The notes: generated by a model not told the origin, from the sequence alone. Counted from the first letter of the stretch, positions 15,709 to 31,700 are shown. The stretch is DNA of 64,000 bases from Lama guanicoe (GCA_013239625.1 MU053468.1:124001-188000), one strand, 5' to 3'. Program-made: numbers and translations.

Positions 15709-15784
15709 CTGTTATCATTCCTGCTGGCCGTCACCCCCCCATAGCCAGAGCTGGACAAAGACCGTGGGAAGGAAGAATTCTTCT
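15709..15784 (-). CDS. SMTNL2: SMTNL2 coding exon 4
   Basis: cccacag|AG...AACAG|gtgagt; EKNSSFPRSLSSSGYGGVTASRNDN; 76 nt. Confidence 0.92.
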
Positions 15785-16435
15785 CTGTGGGACAAAGGGA
15801 GGGAGAGAAATAACAAACCCTGGCCTTGGGGAGGGCCACCACTGCCTGCCTCCCATCCTTTGACCCTGCCCTGAGCTATTCACCCAGCTTTGGGCACTGG
15901 CAGGACCTCTGGGCTAAGCTGACCCTGCCTGGGCCAACAGTTGAGGAGAAAGGATGCTGGAACATAGAGCAATGACATAAAAGAGGTCCTTTAAAGTACT
16001 CCTCACTGCATTTGAGAGCACAGAGCCCAGGGCCTCCTGTGCTGCATATCCAGTAGATACCATGTTACCAAGTCCTCATTCTGGAAATCCACACAGCCCG
16101 ACCCCAGGACACAGCACTGGAGCCTGATCACAGGTCCAAGACAGCCCCAGGGGGACCACGCCAGGTCTGTTACACACAAAGTGTGCAGGGCAGGCGGCCA
16201 CCTTCTAACCACAGCCTTGATCTGCAGTAAAAGCCATGGTCGTACCCCGCAGGATGAGGCTACTTCACAGCATCTCTGGGAGAGGAGCCGGGAAAGATGG
16301 GCCCCATCTGATGGAGCAGGTGAGCTGGGGATGGGGGTGGCAGTGACGGGCAGAGCGGGTAGGGCCCGGCCCCAGGTTTTCTGAGTCTCTTGCAAACCAC
16401 CCCGAGCCCCTGACCTCCCTCCCATTTTGAGGTCA

Positions 16436-16795
<360 letters not shown>

Positions 16796-17016
16796 TCACC
16801 TCCTCCAGGAAGGCCTCCCTGACCACTCCTGCCTCCCTCATCTCCCCCTACTGGGGAAGTCTCACTGCTCCAACCAGAGGTGATGCCTGCTCCAACTTTC
16901 CCTAATAGAGAGTTCAAGAAATAGTTGCCTGTCAGTCCACTCTCTACCCTGCTCAGTGCTTGGACAATTCCCCAGTCCCTGCGGGTATTCCTCCAGCCAG
17001 CCCTCCTGGGCCATCA

Positions 17017-17115
<99 letters not shown>

Positions 17116-18782
17116 CTACAGAGAGACAAACACCGCGGAGGCCCAGTCAGCTGGGGCCCACCCCTGAAATCACTTCCCAAAGCTCCCCCTGGTTCGAGCA
17201 GGGCAAATGCTTTTGAGAGAGACAGACCCCAGGAGGTATGGTGATGGGCCAGGGTCACCCAGGAGGCTAGGGGGACTCAGCCCCAGCAGTTGAGCCCCTG
17301 AGATCCTGGAGGCAAATGGCTCCACTGGACACATTCCAGACCCCCAACATGCTAGGGACAAAAGTCAAGACAGAGTTCCAAAGGACTGTTCAAGGTGGCC
17401 CTACCCCTCCCCAAGGCTGGACCGGGTGACGGGGGCTGGGAGAGCCTGGCCCCTGCTCATGCCAGGGGCTGCCTGTGTGGGAGCAGCCTAACCTAGCAAC
17501 ACACGGTCTTCCTGGGCCAACAATGGGCCTTGGAGCCCAATGGTGAAGCCTTTCCACTGGATGCAGGGTCACAAGATTTGCCTGGATGTCCAGAGTACTG
17601 GGGCCTAACTGGCTCCTTGAGGTCCCTCCATCCCCTCTGGGCTACAGCTGTGGGGAGTGTCATGCAGAGAGAGAGCCCAGACCAAGGGCCAGCAGGGGAA
17701 CCCGCCATCCTGGCTGTGCCGCCGGCCCCAGGGTAACCCCTCCTGGGTCTCAGTTTCCCTGTTTGAGATAAGGGAGTAGGCTAAAAAAGCATCTACCACT
17801 TGAACCCCTTTTCTGGCCATGCCACTTAAACCAACATGCTCTGTCCTCCCAGGTAGGTGCTACCACACCCATTTTACAGATGGGACCCGAGGGCTCAGAA
17901 AGGGGATGTGTGCTGTCCAAGGTTACACAGTGAGAAGCAGCTGAGATGTGGCCAGGAGGCCTTGGCCCTGCCTTTCTCACAGTGAAGGAGGGTGGAGGGC
18001 TCAGAGCATCTGTGAGGCTGTTGGGTCTGCCTGGCAAGAGGGGTACAGGGGCAGACGCTTAGAAGGGGCTCTACCAAGAGCCCACAACGGGTGGCTTGAG
18101 AGGTTGGCCATACCTCTCCTTAGATGGCCACACATCTCCAGATGGGTCCCCTTGTCTGCTAGGTTCCCAAATGACAAAAGCCCATCCCTGGCCCCCGACG
18201 GTTCATCCATGCCACCCTACCCATCCATGGGGGAATCAGTCTGGCGGGGGAGCCAGCACCTTGAGCAGGCGGTGATAGGCTAGCATGAGGGTACATGCCT
18301 GAGACAGACTTCACCCAGCCCAGGAGGTCAGAGAGAGCCTCCCAGAAGCAGGGGGGCTGAGCCAGCCTGGAGTGAGCCAGGCAGACCAGGAGCGGAAGCC
18401 ATGCCCCGCAGAGAGACTAGTGTCTGCCAGAGACATCAAGACACAAAGCATTCAGATCCAGTGGCTAGAGAAGCAGCACACAGTCCAAGCCGGGAGAACT
18501 TGGACTTGACTCCTTGGACAAGAAGGAACTGAAGGTCATCAGTTCTGTGTTTTAGGAACATCCTTCAGAAGCCAGTGAGACAGTGGCATGGAAGGGGGTG
18601 ACCAGATGGCCAGGTATCTCCCTAGTCCTGGGTAGGGACCCAGGGAGGAGAGATGGGGCAGTGAAGGAGTGGAGGGCAAAAGGGATTCCAAGGTTTGCAG
18701 GGAGTAAGTGAATGTGGAGGAGGGGGAGACATCACACCTCTTCTAGGCAGGGGCTTTGGGCCTGGCTGACGTGACCTGGGGG

Positions 18783-18954
18783 GGGGGTTGGTGGTGACAG
18801 CAGCCATGAGAGGCGGGGAAGGGGTCTGAGGGACTCTCCCTGATGGAAGAGGTAGAACAACATTTACAGGAGGGGGTTGGTCAGCAGCCATGAGAGGCGG
18901 GGAAGGGGTCTGAGGGACTCTCCCTGATGGAAGAGGTAGAACAACATTTACAGG
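18783..18954. repeat. Tandem duplication, period 84 bp
   Basis: 73-bp identical core at 18798-18870 and 18882-18954. Confidence 0.95.
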
Positions 18955-21900
18955 CTGAGAGAAAGGCTCCAGCAGGGGGAGGGACCCTCGGAGAGGTTGG
19001 GACCCTGGGGAGAAAGGAGAGGATGGGACTTGAGCCCGGGGAGAGACTGGGATTGGAGAGGAGGTGACCCTTCAACTTCCAATTCAGAAGGACGGAGCGG
19101 GAGGGGCTAGGCTCACTGGCAGGAACAGTGGAGAAGTTGGGGGGGCATCTCCTTGTGCCTCAGAGTGTGGAGGGCACCCCTAGAGCCACAACGAGCCTAA
19201 CCTGAAGCCAGCTCAGCAGAGGGAGGAGAAACAGCCAGTCTATCCTGAATCCCGGACCCCACCTGTCACCAGGCTCTCAGCTCTGGGGGCCGTGTCCCCC
19301 CCCCCCCCCCCCCATACTCTGGTCCAACAGGTTCCACAGGTCTACAAAGGGGCCTGGAGGGATGCGCTGATGGTGAAACCATTTTCCCAGGAATGTGGGT
19401 CTCTCTGGGGGACGCCTGCCTCTGCACGTTGCAGGCCCCTCACCCCCCAGGATGCCCCAGGGGACCAGAAGCCACAATCAGACAGGAAGTAGGTTCTGGA
19501 CCAGGTGGATTCCTGCCAAGGGGTCTCCAGCAAAGCAGGAGGGAAAGGGGATGGGGCTGAGTCACGCTGGGAGGCTGGAGTCCCAGGTTATCAGACCAAA
19601 GGGCTATTCAGAGACCACCCTCCAACCCACCACACAAGCTTAGGGGTCACCCCTAACCTTACGCCATGACTAAAGGCAGCAGTAGAGTCAGGTTGGGGTT
19701 TCTCTGTCCACAAAGCACTCATGCCTTCCAAGAGCAGAAAGGACAACTCAAGACAAACTTGTGAGGCCGAGGGAGTGGGGTGGGGAGAGTGGGGTAACCA
19801 CCCCAGCGCGACCTGAGCCTCAAACCACAGAGCTGGGCTGGGCCCTGGTCCCCAAGCCCACCCACAGGGCCCCCAGCGCCTTCCTTCGCTTCAGCCACAA
19901 GGAAGGGAACCAGGGGAGGGGACCTCTGTGTGCTGGGGCCAAGATAAAATCACTGGAGAGCCCAGAGGACGGGATGGGTCCTGGGGAGCTGGCTGGAGCA
20001 TCTCCAAGATCTGGGCTTCGTTTTAAGAAGGGGGAGGCTTCCAGGAGGGAGCCCAGGCCTGGGAATGTCAGGAAGAGAGACAGGGGATGGGTAAGTCCGA
20101 GTTCGGCGACCTTCTCCCTGGGGAAGTTTGCATACACTGTTGTGAGGGCAGGAATCTTAGCCTGGGTATCCCTGGTGCTGCCAGACCCCACGCGGGCTCG
20201 TGCATGGACAGGGGAGTGTCTGTGTGCCCAGCACAGCCCCCGACGTGTGTGCGGCCAGAGTCCCCAGCCTGAGCCCCAACCTTGGCTGCCCCACCCTCTG
20301 CCTCCTCCACCCTCTGCCTCCTCCCGGCTCACACCATGGTTTTAAGGACTCATTTCAAACTTCTCCCCAAAGCATTTAGCGCTCTTATCACACAGTGTGT
20401 CTGGGAAAGGAAGGCAGATAAGGCAAGTCTGGTTTCTTTCACAGCCAGACCTCGACGCTGCTTCTACCAGTCACTCCTGAGAGGCTCCACTGCCTCTGAC
20501 ATGGGGACCTGGTGGCTCCTGCTCAGCCGAGGGACATTTCCAGGCCTGGCCTCAGGCTGCTACCATCCACTGAAGGTCCCCAGCCAGCTCCCTCCACTAG
20601 CCAGACCACCGCTGTGGCTCCGTGGACACGCTTACAAGCCGACTTGGCTGATGTCACTGTTATAGCCACCCAGCCCGCGCAGCACAAGGGGCAAAGCAGG
20701 GCAGGGCCAATCCCCCTTAGAGACAAGGAAACTGAGGTCCAACTGAGAAGTGTCCCTAAGGCCCCCAGAAAATGCAACAAAAGCAGTTCCTGTTTGCTCC
20801 AGGGTCTCAGATCTCCTACAGGGAGTCCTCCCTGACTTCTCCCACCTTACTGCCCTGCCCTCTCGCTCCTCCTGGAGCCTCCCTTGCTGCTCACTGCCTA
20901 GCAAGGTCAAGGTCTGCCCACACAGAAGCAGATTACTAGATCAACTCTTTCTGCATTGACCCCAAGGCATACACATAGGTTGGCTATGCCCCACCTCCAA
21001 CCCCGGCAGTCCCGTTTGAATCAGAAGGAAACAAAAGGGTCTCAGCAAAGGGTCTCTAAGTCTCATTGCTGGTTACAGAGGAGCAGTGTAACAGCAGCCC
21101 CCGCAATGCCTGACCATCGCGAGCACTGGCTCTCGTGTGTGGATGAGACCCTCACACCCAGACCCCCTGGGGGCACAGACATAGGAGTATGAGAGGTCAG
21201 ACAGCCCCGGCACCCAGCTGTGACTGTCCAGTCTTGCCCCGGAGCCCCGATTCCTTGTTCACAATCCAGTGTCCGATCACAAGCTGCCAGTCACAGCTCA
21301 CGAGCAAGAACATGTGGACAACTCTGTGTAGCACCCCTCACTGCCAGAAACTGGCTGGGAGCCTGTGCCCGCACCCTTGAGAGGTGGGCTGCAAGAGAAG
21401 TGGGGAGCAGTGCCGCTGGTCGGGCGGGGGAAGCGGTCTTAGGCCCAGGGAGCTGGTGCTCAGGGGCTGCAGAGCGTCCGTCTGACCCCAATGGACACCT
21501 TGACCGTCCTCCACCCGCAGTGTTCAACTACGCCTGGGTCCCTCCTCCTCTCAGGCCTTCTGAAATCCAGAACCTACTCCCCAGCCGTGTCTCCCTCCTC
21601 AACCCCCAGCAGGCTACAGCATTCCTGCTGACACCCAATCTCTTCTTCCTGAAGGGGTCCCCTCTCTCAATGTCTAGGAATGGGCTTTCCAGAGCCTCTG
21701 AGCTCCCTGGCCGCTCCTCAGCCTCTGCCCAGGGCTCCTGACTCACCGTCTCCTGCACAGCTGCCTGGAAGACCTCACCTGATCTTGCGCTTCAACCACC
21801 AGCTCTGGCCTGGTATCTCCCTAACCTCTGGCCTTGGCTACTCTCAGCCCACCAGATCTGTGACTCCATCTGCTCCAGGACAGTTTCACCTGGATGTCCC

Positions 21901-23559
21901 ACAGCCCCTCACCCTCAGCACAACCCAGATGGAAACTGGCATCTCCACCAGATCTGTGCCCCAGTAGTCCCCTGGCAGGGCTTCGCTCTCTGCCCCCCTG
22001 CTCATATCCAAAGACCATCTCACCCTGATGATTCCCCCTTGGAGATCTCCGTCCAAGGCACCCCAGCTCTCCCGCTCCCCAGCGCTGCTCCTGCTATGGC
22101 CGTCCTCTCTTCTTGGACCATCACAACTAAGTCCCCCTAGCTCCAGCCACCCTCCAACCTGCCATCCATCCTTGAGGGCGCTTGTCGGATACAAGGAGGA
22201 CCCTGTCTGTCCCCTGCCCAGTGCCCCACTATCCCCATAACCCAGAGAACTAGCTTACCCCACACAGGCCAATTCCCACCGAAAAAATGTTAGATGACTG
22301 AAGAGACACCTCTCACATGAACGCGTGGATTCGTGTACATATACGTATTCATATGTGACTCCAAGAGTAGTTTTCTAAAACTTGGACAGCTGCCTCCACA
22401 TGCAGATGAGTAGCAAATGTGTGTTAAAATAAAACCTCAGAACCAGCCGATGACACAGTTTATCAGGCACGTGTGAGCTCACAGTGGTGATTTTATAGCG
22501 TGGCCAAGGAGTGTTGATGCTTGTAGGACAGAATTAAGTGTATCCACATTTCCAGACACTTCACACAGCACTGGGACACCCGGGGGCTCAGCCATCAGCA
22601 CGTTTAAGAACCTCCACCCCAAAGCAAAGCCCAACTCCCTGGCCCAGCATACGGGGGCCTTTACAACTCGCCCGTCCACTCTCATACCCATCAGGGTCCC
22701 TCTGGTCAGTGAGTCCTTTCAGGCCCTTAGAGGCTCTAGGCACAGCCCCCCACACCCGCCCCTGCACCAGCAGCAGCAGACCCTAAACCTCCAGCACAAA
22801 GCCGGCCTGAGACGCCCACTAGGACGGGACTACTGTCCGGCTGCCTGCACTGCTGGTACTGCTTGGTCTGGGCCATCTCCCACCCAGGCTGGGACATCCA
22901 GGGGCAAGGGCTAATCTGATCCCCCTCCTCCTGGTCCCTTGAGGTGCAGCCCAGCCTACACAAGGACTCTGCGTGTGTGATGGACTGAACCAAGGAGGGA
23001 CAGCAGGTGCAGGCTACCCAGACCCTGGAAACCCAACACCAGAGCACATGCCTGGGCAGGGTGGAAAATCCCACCTAAGGGCCACTGCACACACCATGGG
23101 AACATTCTAACCTGCCACTCCAGGAGGGCCCACGCTCAGGGGAGTGACTGGTGCACACCGGCCTCCGCCCCACCCCCACGCGGTGTGGGCCTCTGGCCGG
23201 TCACTGACCCCAGAAATCTAGACTGCCCACGGCTCTTTCCCCCTGGTTCCCCTGTCTCTTCTTTCACCGTAAAGATTTACCCCTGCAAGTTTCCAAATGC
23301 CCGGCTGCACCCCCACAGTCTGCATTCTCCTCCGCTCAACACACAGAAAGGCTTGAGTTCTCAATCCAGGTTAATCAATAACTCAAGCCGTCAGGGTTCA
23401 GTGAAGCGGCAACGCGGGGAGCGCGTGAATGGAGGTGGGGGGGGAGAGGGTTGCTGGCTGTTCCAAGACACAGGCCCGGGGCAGTGTCGAACAGTGAGGG
23501 GCAGCACTTCAGCGCCCAAGCCCTTAGTGCCAAGGCACAGTGAAGAGACGGGAACTGAA

Positions 23560-24600
<1,041 letters not shown>

Positions 24601-25683
24601 GTGGACTTGATTTTGGAGACAGCGGACGTGGGTTATGCGTTCCCACGGGGCTCTGACTCTCAGGGCCCAGGTACTACTGGGGGTAGGGATCCCCCACTGC
24701 TCTGGGGTACCTGAGAGCAGCAGCAGTAACCCCCAGAACTGTCACCCTGTGCACATGACTGCCCGCTCTAAGCCGTGGACACGGCCCTCACAAGCACATA
24801 CTTACGTGTGGCATCTTTGCCTGGAATTTCTTGCACCTAAGGGAGAGGGAGACAGGTGGTGAGGTCCCTCCTTGTCTCTGCAATTATGCACTCTCCCCTC
24901 CCAGCCCCACTCTGTGTAACAAGATTCCTGTGTCCTTCCTGCCAGTGGTCACGGGGCTCCGAGCTCACTGAGTGGCCCCTGTTGGGGCATCCACAAGTGA
25001 CTGAGGTCAGACAGAGAAGAGAAGGTGTGCTTAGGACCGAATCTCCAAATTCTTGGGTCAGAGACCGTGAGACTAATCACCTCTCTCCCTCCATCAGAGT
25101 CTCGGTCCCTGGCCTGTAACCACAGGCCAGGGCTCCCACCTCGATTCCCTCTCAACACTCCTTTCATGCTGGAACCCAGATATTCCTTCCTTCTATATCC
25201 CCCAACCTCCAAACATCACGAGAAAGGGAGGAGTGAAAATAGCTGTTGCTTCAGAATGACAGAACGATGGGCAAAGGTGCTGTCTGATCTCACTTACAAT
25301 GTAAAATTGATTTAAAATAAAAAGTGGGAGCATCTCATCCTTCTTTGTGCAAAAAGCCTTTCCTGATTAGCCTTTTCCTTCCCAGGCCTGGCCCACTTGA
25401 AGGAGGGCTAGTGGCTGGGCAGGCACAGCCAGGTGGCAGGGGAACGAGAGGCCTGAAAGACTTGTTCCTGTCACACTAGGCTTCCCAAGACGTTTGCAGC
25501 CACAGACCTCCTGGACTGGCCTGCTCTGCCCCAAAGGAGCTGGATCAGCCTAACAGATGCTGAACGCCAATCCCCCCTCTCTCCCTCCTCCACAGGGACA
25601 GGAGGGAACACTGGGTTACCTAATCCAAGGAGCCTTCCAGCAATTATTTCATGAGAAACTCAAATACCAAAAGGTGTGCATGG

Positions 25684-25737
25684 GTGTGTGTGTGTGTGTC
25701 TGTGTGTGTGTGTCTGTGTGTCTGTGTGTGTGTGTGT
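25684..25737 (+). repeat. (TG)n microsatellite, interrupted
   Basis: gtgtgtgtgt... with TC interruptions. Confidence 0.9.
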
Positions 25738-28700
25738 ACGTATGTATGTGTTTTGTAAGTAGCTCTCTGCACAGAGTGAGCCAGACTGCTCCCTGCATTC
25801 TTTCTCTGGGTGGAATCTTTGATAGAGACTAGGAGAGAGGCTTCTGCTACAGCTTCTGCCCCAAGTAGCACTCAGCCCCTCCAGGTCTGAGCACGGGAGC
25901 CTGGAGTTCGGAGACCCTGGTCTCTGCCAGAAAAGCCCAGCCACTTCCTTTGCAGGACCTGAGGAATGACCAGGTGGGGAAGTTTGGGAGGGACTGAACA
26001 GCTTGGCCCCTTGTCCCATAGCTGATGTGCACCTGGGCCTGTGCTTGGTCCGGCAGCATAGAGGGGAGTGGGAGCAGGCAGGGGTCTGGCCTTCTCTCCC
26101 AGCTTCCTGGAGAAGGATGGCTGGCCAGGTCTCTAGGCTGGGAACCCTAATGGTTAATAGATTCTAGAGACTAGCTTCCCAGGATCCATCCACACTCTCC
26201 CACCTCAGGCAGGTTATCTGGTCTCTCCTGATGTACCATGATGACATCTGGGAGGGGCTGGGCAGGGCTCCATCTGTGACTGGCAAGGGCAGAGATGGGG
26301 CTTGCAGTGGGTTTTGGGCAGGCAGTACCAGAATCAAACCATCCCCCTTGGCTTCTCTGACTGCTGACAGTCAGACCACTGAGTCAGTAGCTGGAGATGA
26401 GCCTAGGGGAGGAGAGATGAGGAGTGGGAGGAAGAGGGACAGAGGGGCAGGGAGAGAAGGAGGGAGGGAGGAGGGGGTGATGCTGAGGTGGGGAGGGGGT
26501 GATCGACGACCAGTGCTACCCAAGAGCTGGCTCCATGCCACTTTGGGGGGAGGCTGCAGCTTGCCCCAGGCCCCAGGGGCTCCTCACAGCCATCCCCTCA
26601 AGGCCCCTCCTCCAACCCTCCCCCAGCTCCTGCCGGCTACCAGACTGTGGAGGAGGTGAGGGCTGATGGACCCTGCTGAACTCCATCCACATTCCCCAGC
26701 CCTAATGTCAGCGGGCTAGCGAGGCCGATCTCCCACTGAGTCCCAGGGGCTCTGGCACCCACCCTTCCAGCTTCCCTTCTGGCTGTGACCTGTCCACCGC
26801 CTGCTGGTCCCTTGATCTGCTCTGCTGCTGGGCTGGAAGTAGGATGTGGGACAAGGCTTCCTGAGTCCCCTGCCATCACCTCACGCAGTCAAATCCTTGC
26901 CAAGCCCAAACCACGAAGCCAGGAGATGAGATGAGGAAACGGAGGCCCCAGGAGGGACAGGGACAGGCCCGAGCCCACAAGTAAGGTCTGCAAAGACAGG
27001 ACCAGAACCCAGGGCCCTGCCTCTAGTCCCAGCACCCCTCTGGGGGCAGCAGTCAAATTCAGCCAAGTTTGGGCAGCTCCTCCTGCTCCCAGTTTGCCTG
27101 GAGGCTCCAGTTCCCTGGAACTGCTCCTCAGAACTCTTCAGAACCCCCTCCAGGCCCTCCGGCACTGCCCCCTGAGGACCATCCCTCCTCCTGCCAGTCC
27201 TGACTGCCCTCCCACCCCCTCAGCTTCTCCTCCCCAGGGACCTTCCTGAGTGGCTGTTCTTTCCCTCACCCTTTAACCGTGGTCCCCAGGGCTCTGAGCT
27301 GGGCCTGGCCCCTTTCACCTGCAGACCCTTTCTGGGTGGTGTAACCCACCCCCACCTCCATACCGATGACTCCTGCTTCTCCATCCCCAGCCCAGCCCCT
27401 CTCCATATACCCACCAGCCTCCAGCCCTCAGGCCTGAGGGTCCCACCCCCTCCCCAGACTCCTCAGGTCCTAAGAAGGCACACAAGGCTTACAGGGCGGG
27501 GAAAGGGCATAAGAAGTGGGATGGTGCAGGCCACTGCATTCCTGGGCCCACTTGTCAGGCCCACTCCTCCACCTTCTGCACCCGAGTCCCCAGGCGTGGG
27601 TGAGGTGCATGCACACACTTGCGTGCACGCGTTGGACCCCATCCTCAGAGAGCTGGGGCTGTCTGTCTCAGCTGTTCATCCATCCCCACACCTGGAGAAA
27701 CAACTGGCTTTAGAAAGTGCTCTGTGAACATGGGGTGATGGAATCCCTCGAAAAAGGGGACTCACTGGGGAGCCAGTGGAACCACCAGGATGAGTGGATG
27801 GGCTGAGATGGGTGACAGAGAGGATGCATTAGAGGGCATGATGAGCCACAGGGGGCTCACAGGTACTGCACAACCCTGTCTTGAAGGTCACAGCCTTTGC
27901 ACTGAGTCAAAGGCAGCTGCCAACCTCACTGGTCACCTCACCCCTCCAAGCCCCTCTGCCGGGATGGGCTCAGGTTGGAAGGTCAGGGGCCAGGCCAGAC
28001 CCATTATCGGCCACACCCATTTTCTGCCAGGCCCTGATGGGCCCTGCCTGCCTGCAGCCCTCAGCTTGCTGGGTGGCTGATGGGCCTGGGAGTTCTCATA
28101 ATTGGGAAGGTGTGTGAAGCCAGTCATTCCCCACTCCCCAGGGTTCCCAGCTGCAGGCACGCAAAGGGAGTAGACTAACAAGGACCCAGTGGAGCAATGC
28201 ACTCCAGGGCCGGACCCCTTGGCAAACAAACCATCTCCCACCCCTCCTCTCCAATCTGAAATCCAGCCTCTGTCCTGGAAACCATTGCCTTGTTATGAGA
28301 TCCATACGGGTGTGGATGCAGGGCTAACGTTTATCTTTTCCTGCCAGGTTGCTGGGTTCAGGAGCCAAGAGGAATGCTAAGCAGGGAGGTGGGAGTGTGG
28401 TGGAGGCTGCGCAGGAGCCCAGGGGGGCCAGTCGTGGAGGCCTCAGGCCTCATCTCCAGCCAGGACTAGGAGAGGGGCACATGGGGCTCTGCCCTCTGCC
28501 CCAGAGCTCTGCCTGCCTGAACTCTCCTGAATCCTGGAACCCTGAGGCCCCTGCGTAGGGTGACGGAGGAGACCCCTGCCCCCTGGGTCACTCCAATTCC
28601 CTTCTACCAAACCCTGCTTTAAACTCCATCCCAGGGACACTCTGCTGGACACACATTTTCATCTTTCTCCCACGTATCTGAGGACGTGTCTGTGCACGTA

Positions 28701-31700
28701 TCATGCTTGCGTGTCCCAGTGTGGGTGTGTCAGTGCGGAGGGAAGATGTGGGCATTGCAGAGTCTACAGGACCTGCACGTGTATGTGGCTTGTGGGGTGT
28801 GGGTACATTTCCAAGCACCTGTCTTTACAGGAGGGACTTTTATGCATGTGCTCATCCGTGCTGAACGTGTTCTAGACACACGCAAATGCATGCCTGCTGC
28901 ACATGTGTCAGCGTAGAACGCACGCATGCCTGTATGTGTATGTTGAGTGTCTCCATATGCTTCCATATATCAAGCGTTTGTGTATCACTGTGTGTCTGAC
29001 TGCACAAGTCAGGTGCCCCATCTCTGGCTGCCTCTTTAAGCAGACCTAGAAGTCTGTCTCTAGAAGTTAGGGATCCTGGGCGCTCCGCAGAGACTTGCAT
29101 ACAAGGTTTTAAGGGTGGCCTTGATTTGGACAGAGGGTAAGAGAGAGCAGAGCTTCCCAACCCGCCGAGCAACGTTGGGCCCTCATGGTCCTAGTGGAGG
29201 AGGAATTTCCCACGGGCCTCTGCTGAGGCTCAGGCTGCCCAGAGAACAAACAGCACACATCCCCATGTGGAGGGGCCTGCCTCCTCCCAGCAAAGGCAGG
29301 GGCTGCGGGGGGTGTGGAGTGGAGACAGCTGCTTCCAGCCCAGATAAGGCCATGGGGCTCACAGTTTCCATTTCTAGGATCCCCTCCCCACTCAGGTCCC
29401 AGCCCCTAAGCCCTGGCCCCATGGCCTGGAAAGGTCTCCACTGACTCACCCCAGCGCCCTGCCCCCACCCTGGGAACAGCACCCCACCACAGCCTGTCCT
29501 GGGCCACTGTGGTCTCTGGGGCAGGACAGCCCCGGCCTGGGGCCCTCACAGCTAAGACCCTGACCCTTGCGCCTCTGAAGAGCCACACAGGAAGGAGGAC
29601 TGGCCCCTCCTGTTCTCTTAGAACGACACTCCCTGCGTCTACGTGGTCTACGTGCTCATGCGCTCCGCTCCGCCAGCCGGGCTGTCCCGGCCCAGAGGGC
29701 CCAGAGCCCGAGGGGCAGCAGTCATCATCAGGGGCAGAACTGGGCCTCAAACTCTGGACTCATCCTCCCTTCTCCCCCGCTGCTCCACAACTTCCCATCC
29801 AAGGCCTGCCCCCTCCAGCCCTGCCTGGCCCGCCTCCCCTCCCCCTCCCTGGGCTATGTATAGGGACTGGGGGAGGCAGAGCTCCAGGGCTGTGGCTCCC
29901 CGGGCCTTCCCCAGGGGCCCTGCAGGCCGGGAAGTGTCTTCATTCAGCCCAGCAAAAGGCTGTGTCACTCCAAGTGAGCAGTGGGGGTAGGGAGTCTCGG
30001 CAGAGGCAGGGGGCTGGGCTCCGGCCTGGGCCAGGGCCCTGCAAAGCCTTTTACAGCCCACACACAAGCCTGGTTTCCTCAGAATCATTCTGGAGACCCC
30101 CTTGGGGCTGGAGCGGTTCGGGAGGTCTCTGCGGGCGCTAGCAGCTCCTTGGGGAGGCCTGGAGGAGACCAGCACCCGGACCACCAGCCTGCTATCTCCC
30201 CTGCATGCCCCCCAAGTCTCCTTTCTCTAACAAAACTATCCCTCTGACCCATGACTCCCCTCCACCAACAGTGGGTCGAATGCCTTAGGGTGCATTTCAA
30301 GGCCCTTGCAGCAAAATGCACGAACTCCCACACTTCTGCCTTTGTGGCTGCTCTGGTCCCACTGCCTGAAGCATCCCTTCCACTTGCCATGCTGTCTGAC
30401 AGACTCCCTTCTTTAGGTCTTCAGAGCCCAGTATAAATGCCACCTCCTCCAGGAAGCCATCCCTGATGAGGCCTGTTAGCACTCCTCCCCTCCCCTCCCT
30501 GCCCACCATGCCCATTGAAATATATCCCTCCTCTCCTGCCCTGGCTCCCTCCTCCAGTGTGGAGCTGCTGTCTGTCTTGAGTAGTGATCTCTGGGGCTCC
30601 TGAGAGGGCAAGGCCCTGCCTCTCTCATCCCTCTGACCCCTGGCCCAGCCCCCAGCTCCATCAGCCATTTGAATGAGTGAGTGAAGGGAGGGGCACCTAA
30701 TGAAGCAGTGTAGGAACTAGTGACTGAACAGTGAATGGAAGTGGAGAGAACAGGGGGGCAGGAAAGCAGAAAAGACCCCACCTGTGTCTCCTGAGCCCTG
30801 GAGTGACTGCCTGGTGCCCCCACAGGCGGGAAGGTGGCAGGGGCAGCCCAGGCCAGGTCTTAGTGGCACGGCTCGGCCCTGGGCACCTGCCAGCTTGGTC
30901 ACTCTCATTCTTTCCAGATCAAAGTTCCCCCGGGGAACAGTCTGGAACCTGACACTGGCCTGGGGTGGGGGGACTGGGCCAGCTGGCACAGTTCAGGAGG
31001 AGGACACGGAAAGGCAGGCACCTGTCCCCAGCTCCAGGGACCCCAGGCCAGCAGCCTGCGGAGGGGACTGGATACACTTCCACACACCTACTTCAGCCCC
31101 AGCCCCATCCTTGGATAGGCAATACTGGTAGGTGGGGAACCTCTGGCTCTAGGCCCGTCTGTCCCAGACTCCCCAAGGACCCCAAACCCTCAGGGCCTCA
31201 GGGGCTCGGCTTCCTGCACCACCATCCCCCCACATCAGTTCTGACTCAGCCCCACCCCGTCTCCCAGCACCTTCCATCCAGACACCCTCCAGGTGTGTGT
31301 TTCTCTATCTCCCAGTGTCTGTATCTATTTCTGTCTTGGCACCTTTCTGTCTAGACTCTCTGTACTTCTGTGTTTCTCTGTATTTTTCATTCTTCTCTCA
31401 GTCCTTACCCTGGTCTCTCTTTCCATCTCTCTGTCTCCCTAGATACGAAGAGTAATGATGGAGTGATTTGTCCACCCTTTCTTTTAAGGAAGGAGCTGTT
31501 TTCATGGCTCTGCCCCCGTCTCCAGCCCCTAGTCCCTCCAGTCTACAGGGAACAGATTTTCCTGATGCTGAGATGAGGGTGGGAGAAGACAGACCTCAAC
31601 ACCCCTGCTGCAGCCAGGCCTCCCTGGTGCCCTTAGGCTGCTGTGGCTGAATCAGGCCTCAATCAGCCCCACGACCACGTGAGCAGGCGGGGAGGAAGAG

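Noticed and set aside
22312..22360. Imperfect hairpin (tcacatgaa...ttcatatgtga)
   Set aside because: Short, imperfect and within AT/CA low complexity; insufficient for a miRNA or ncRNA call.
29406..30184. ORFs of 114-210 aa upstream of SMTNL2 considered as GGT6 or a new small gene
   Set aside because: No GGT-like motifs, low-complexity GC-rich translations, and no supporting exon chain.
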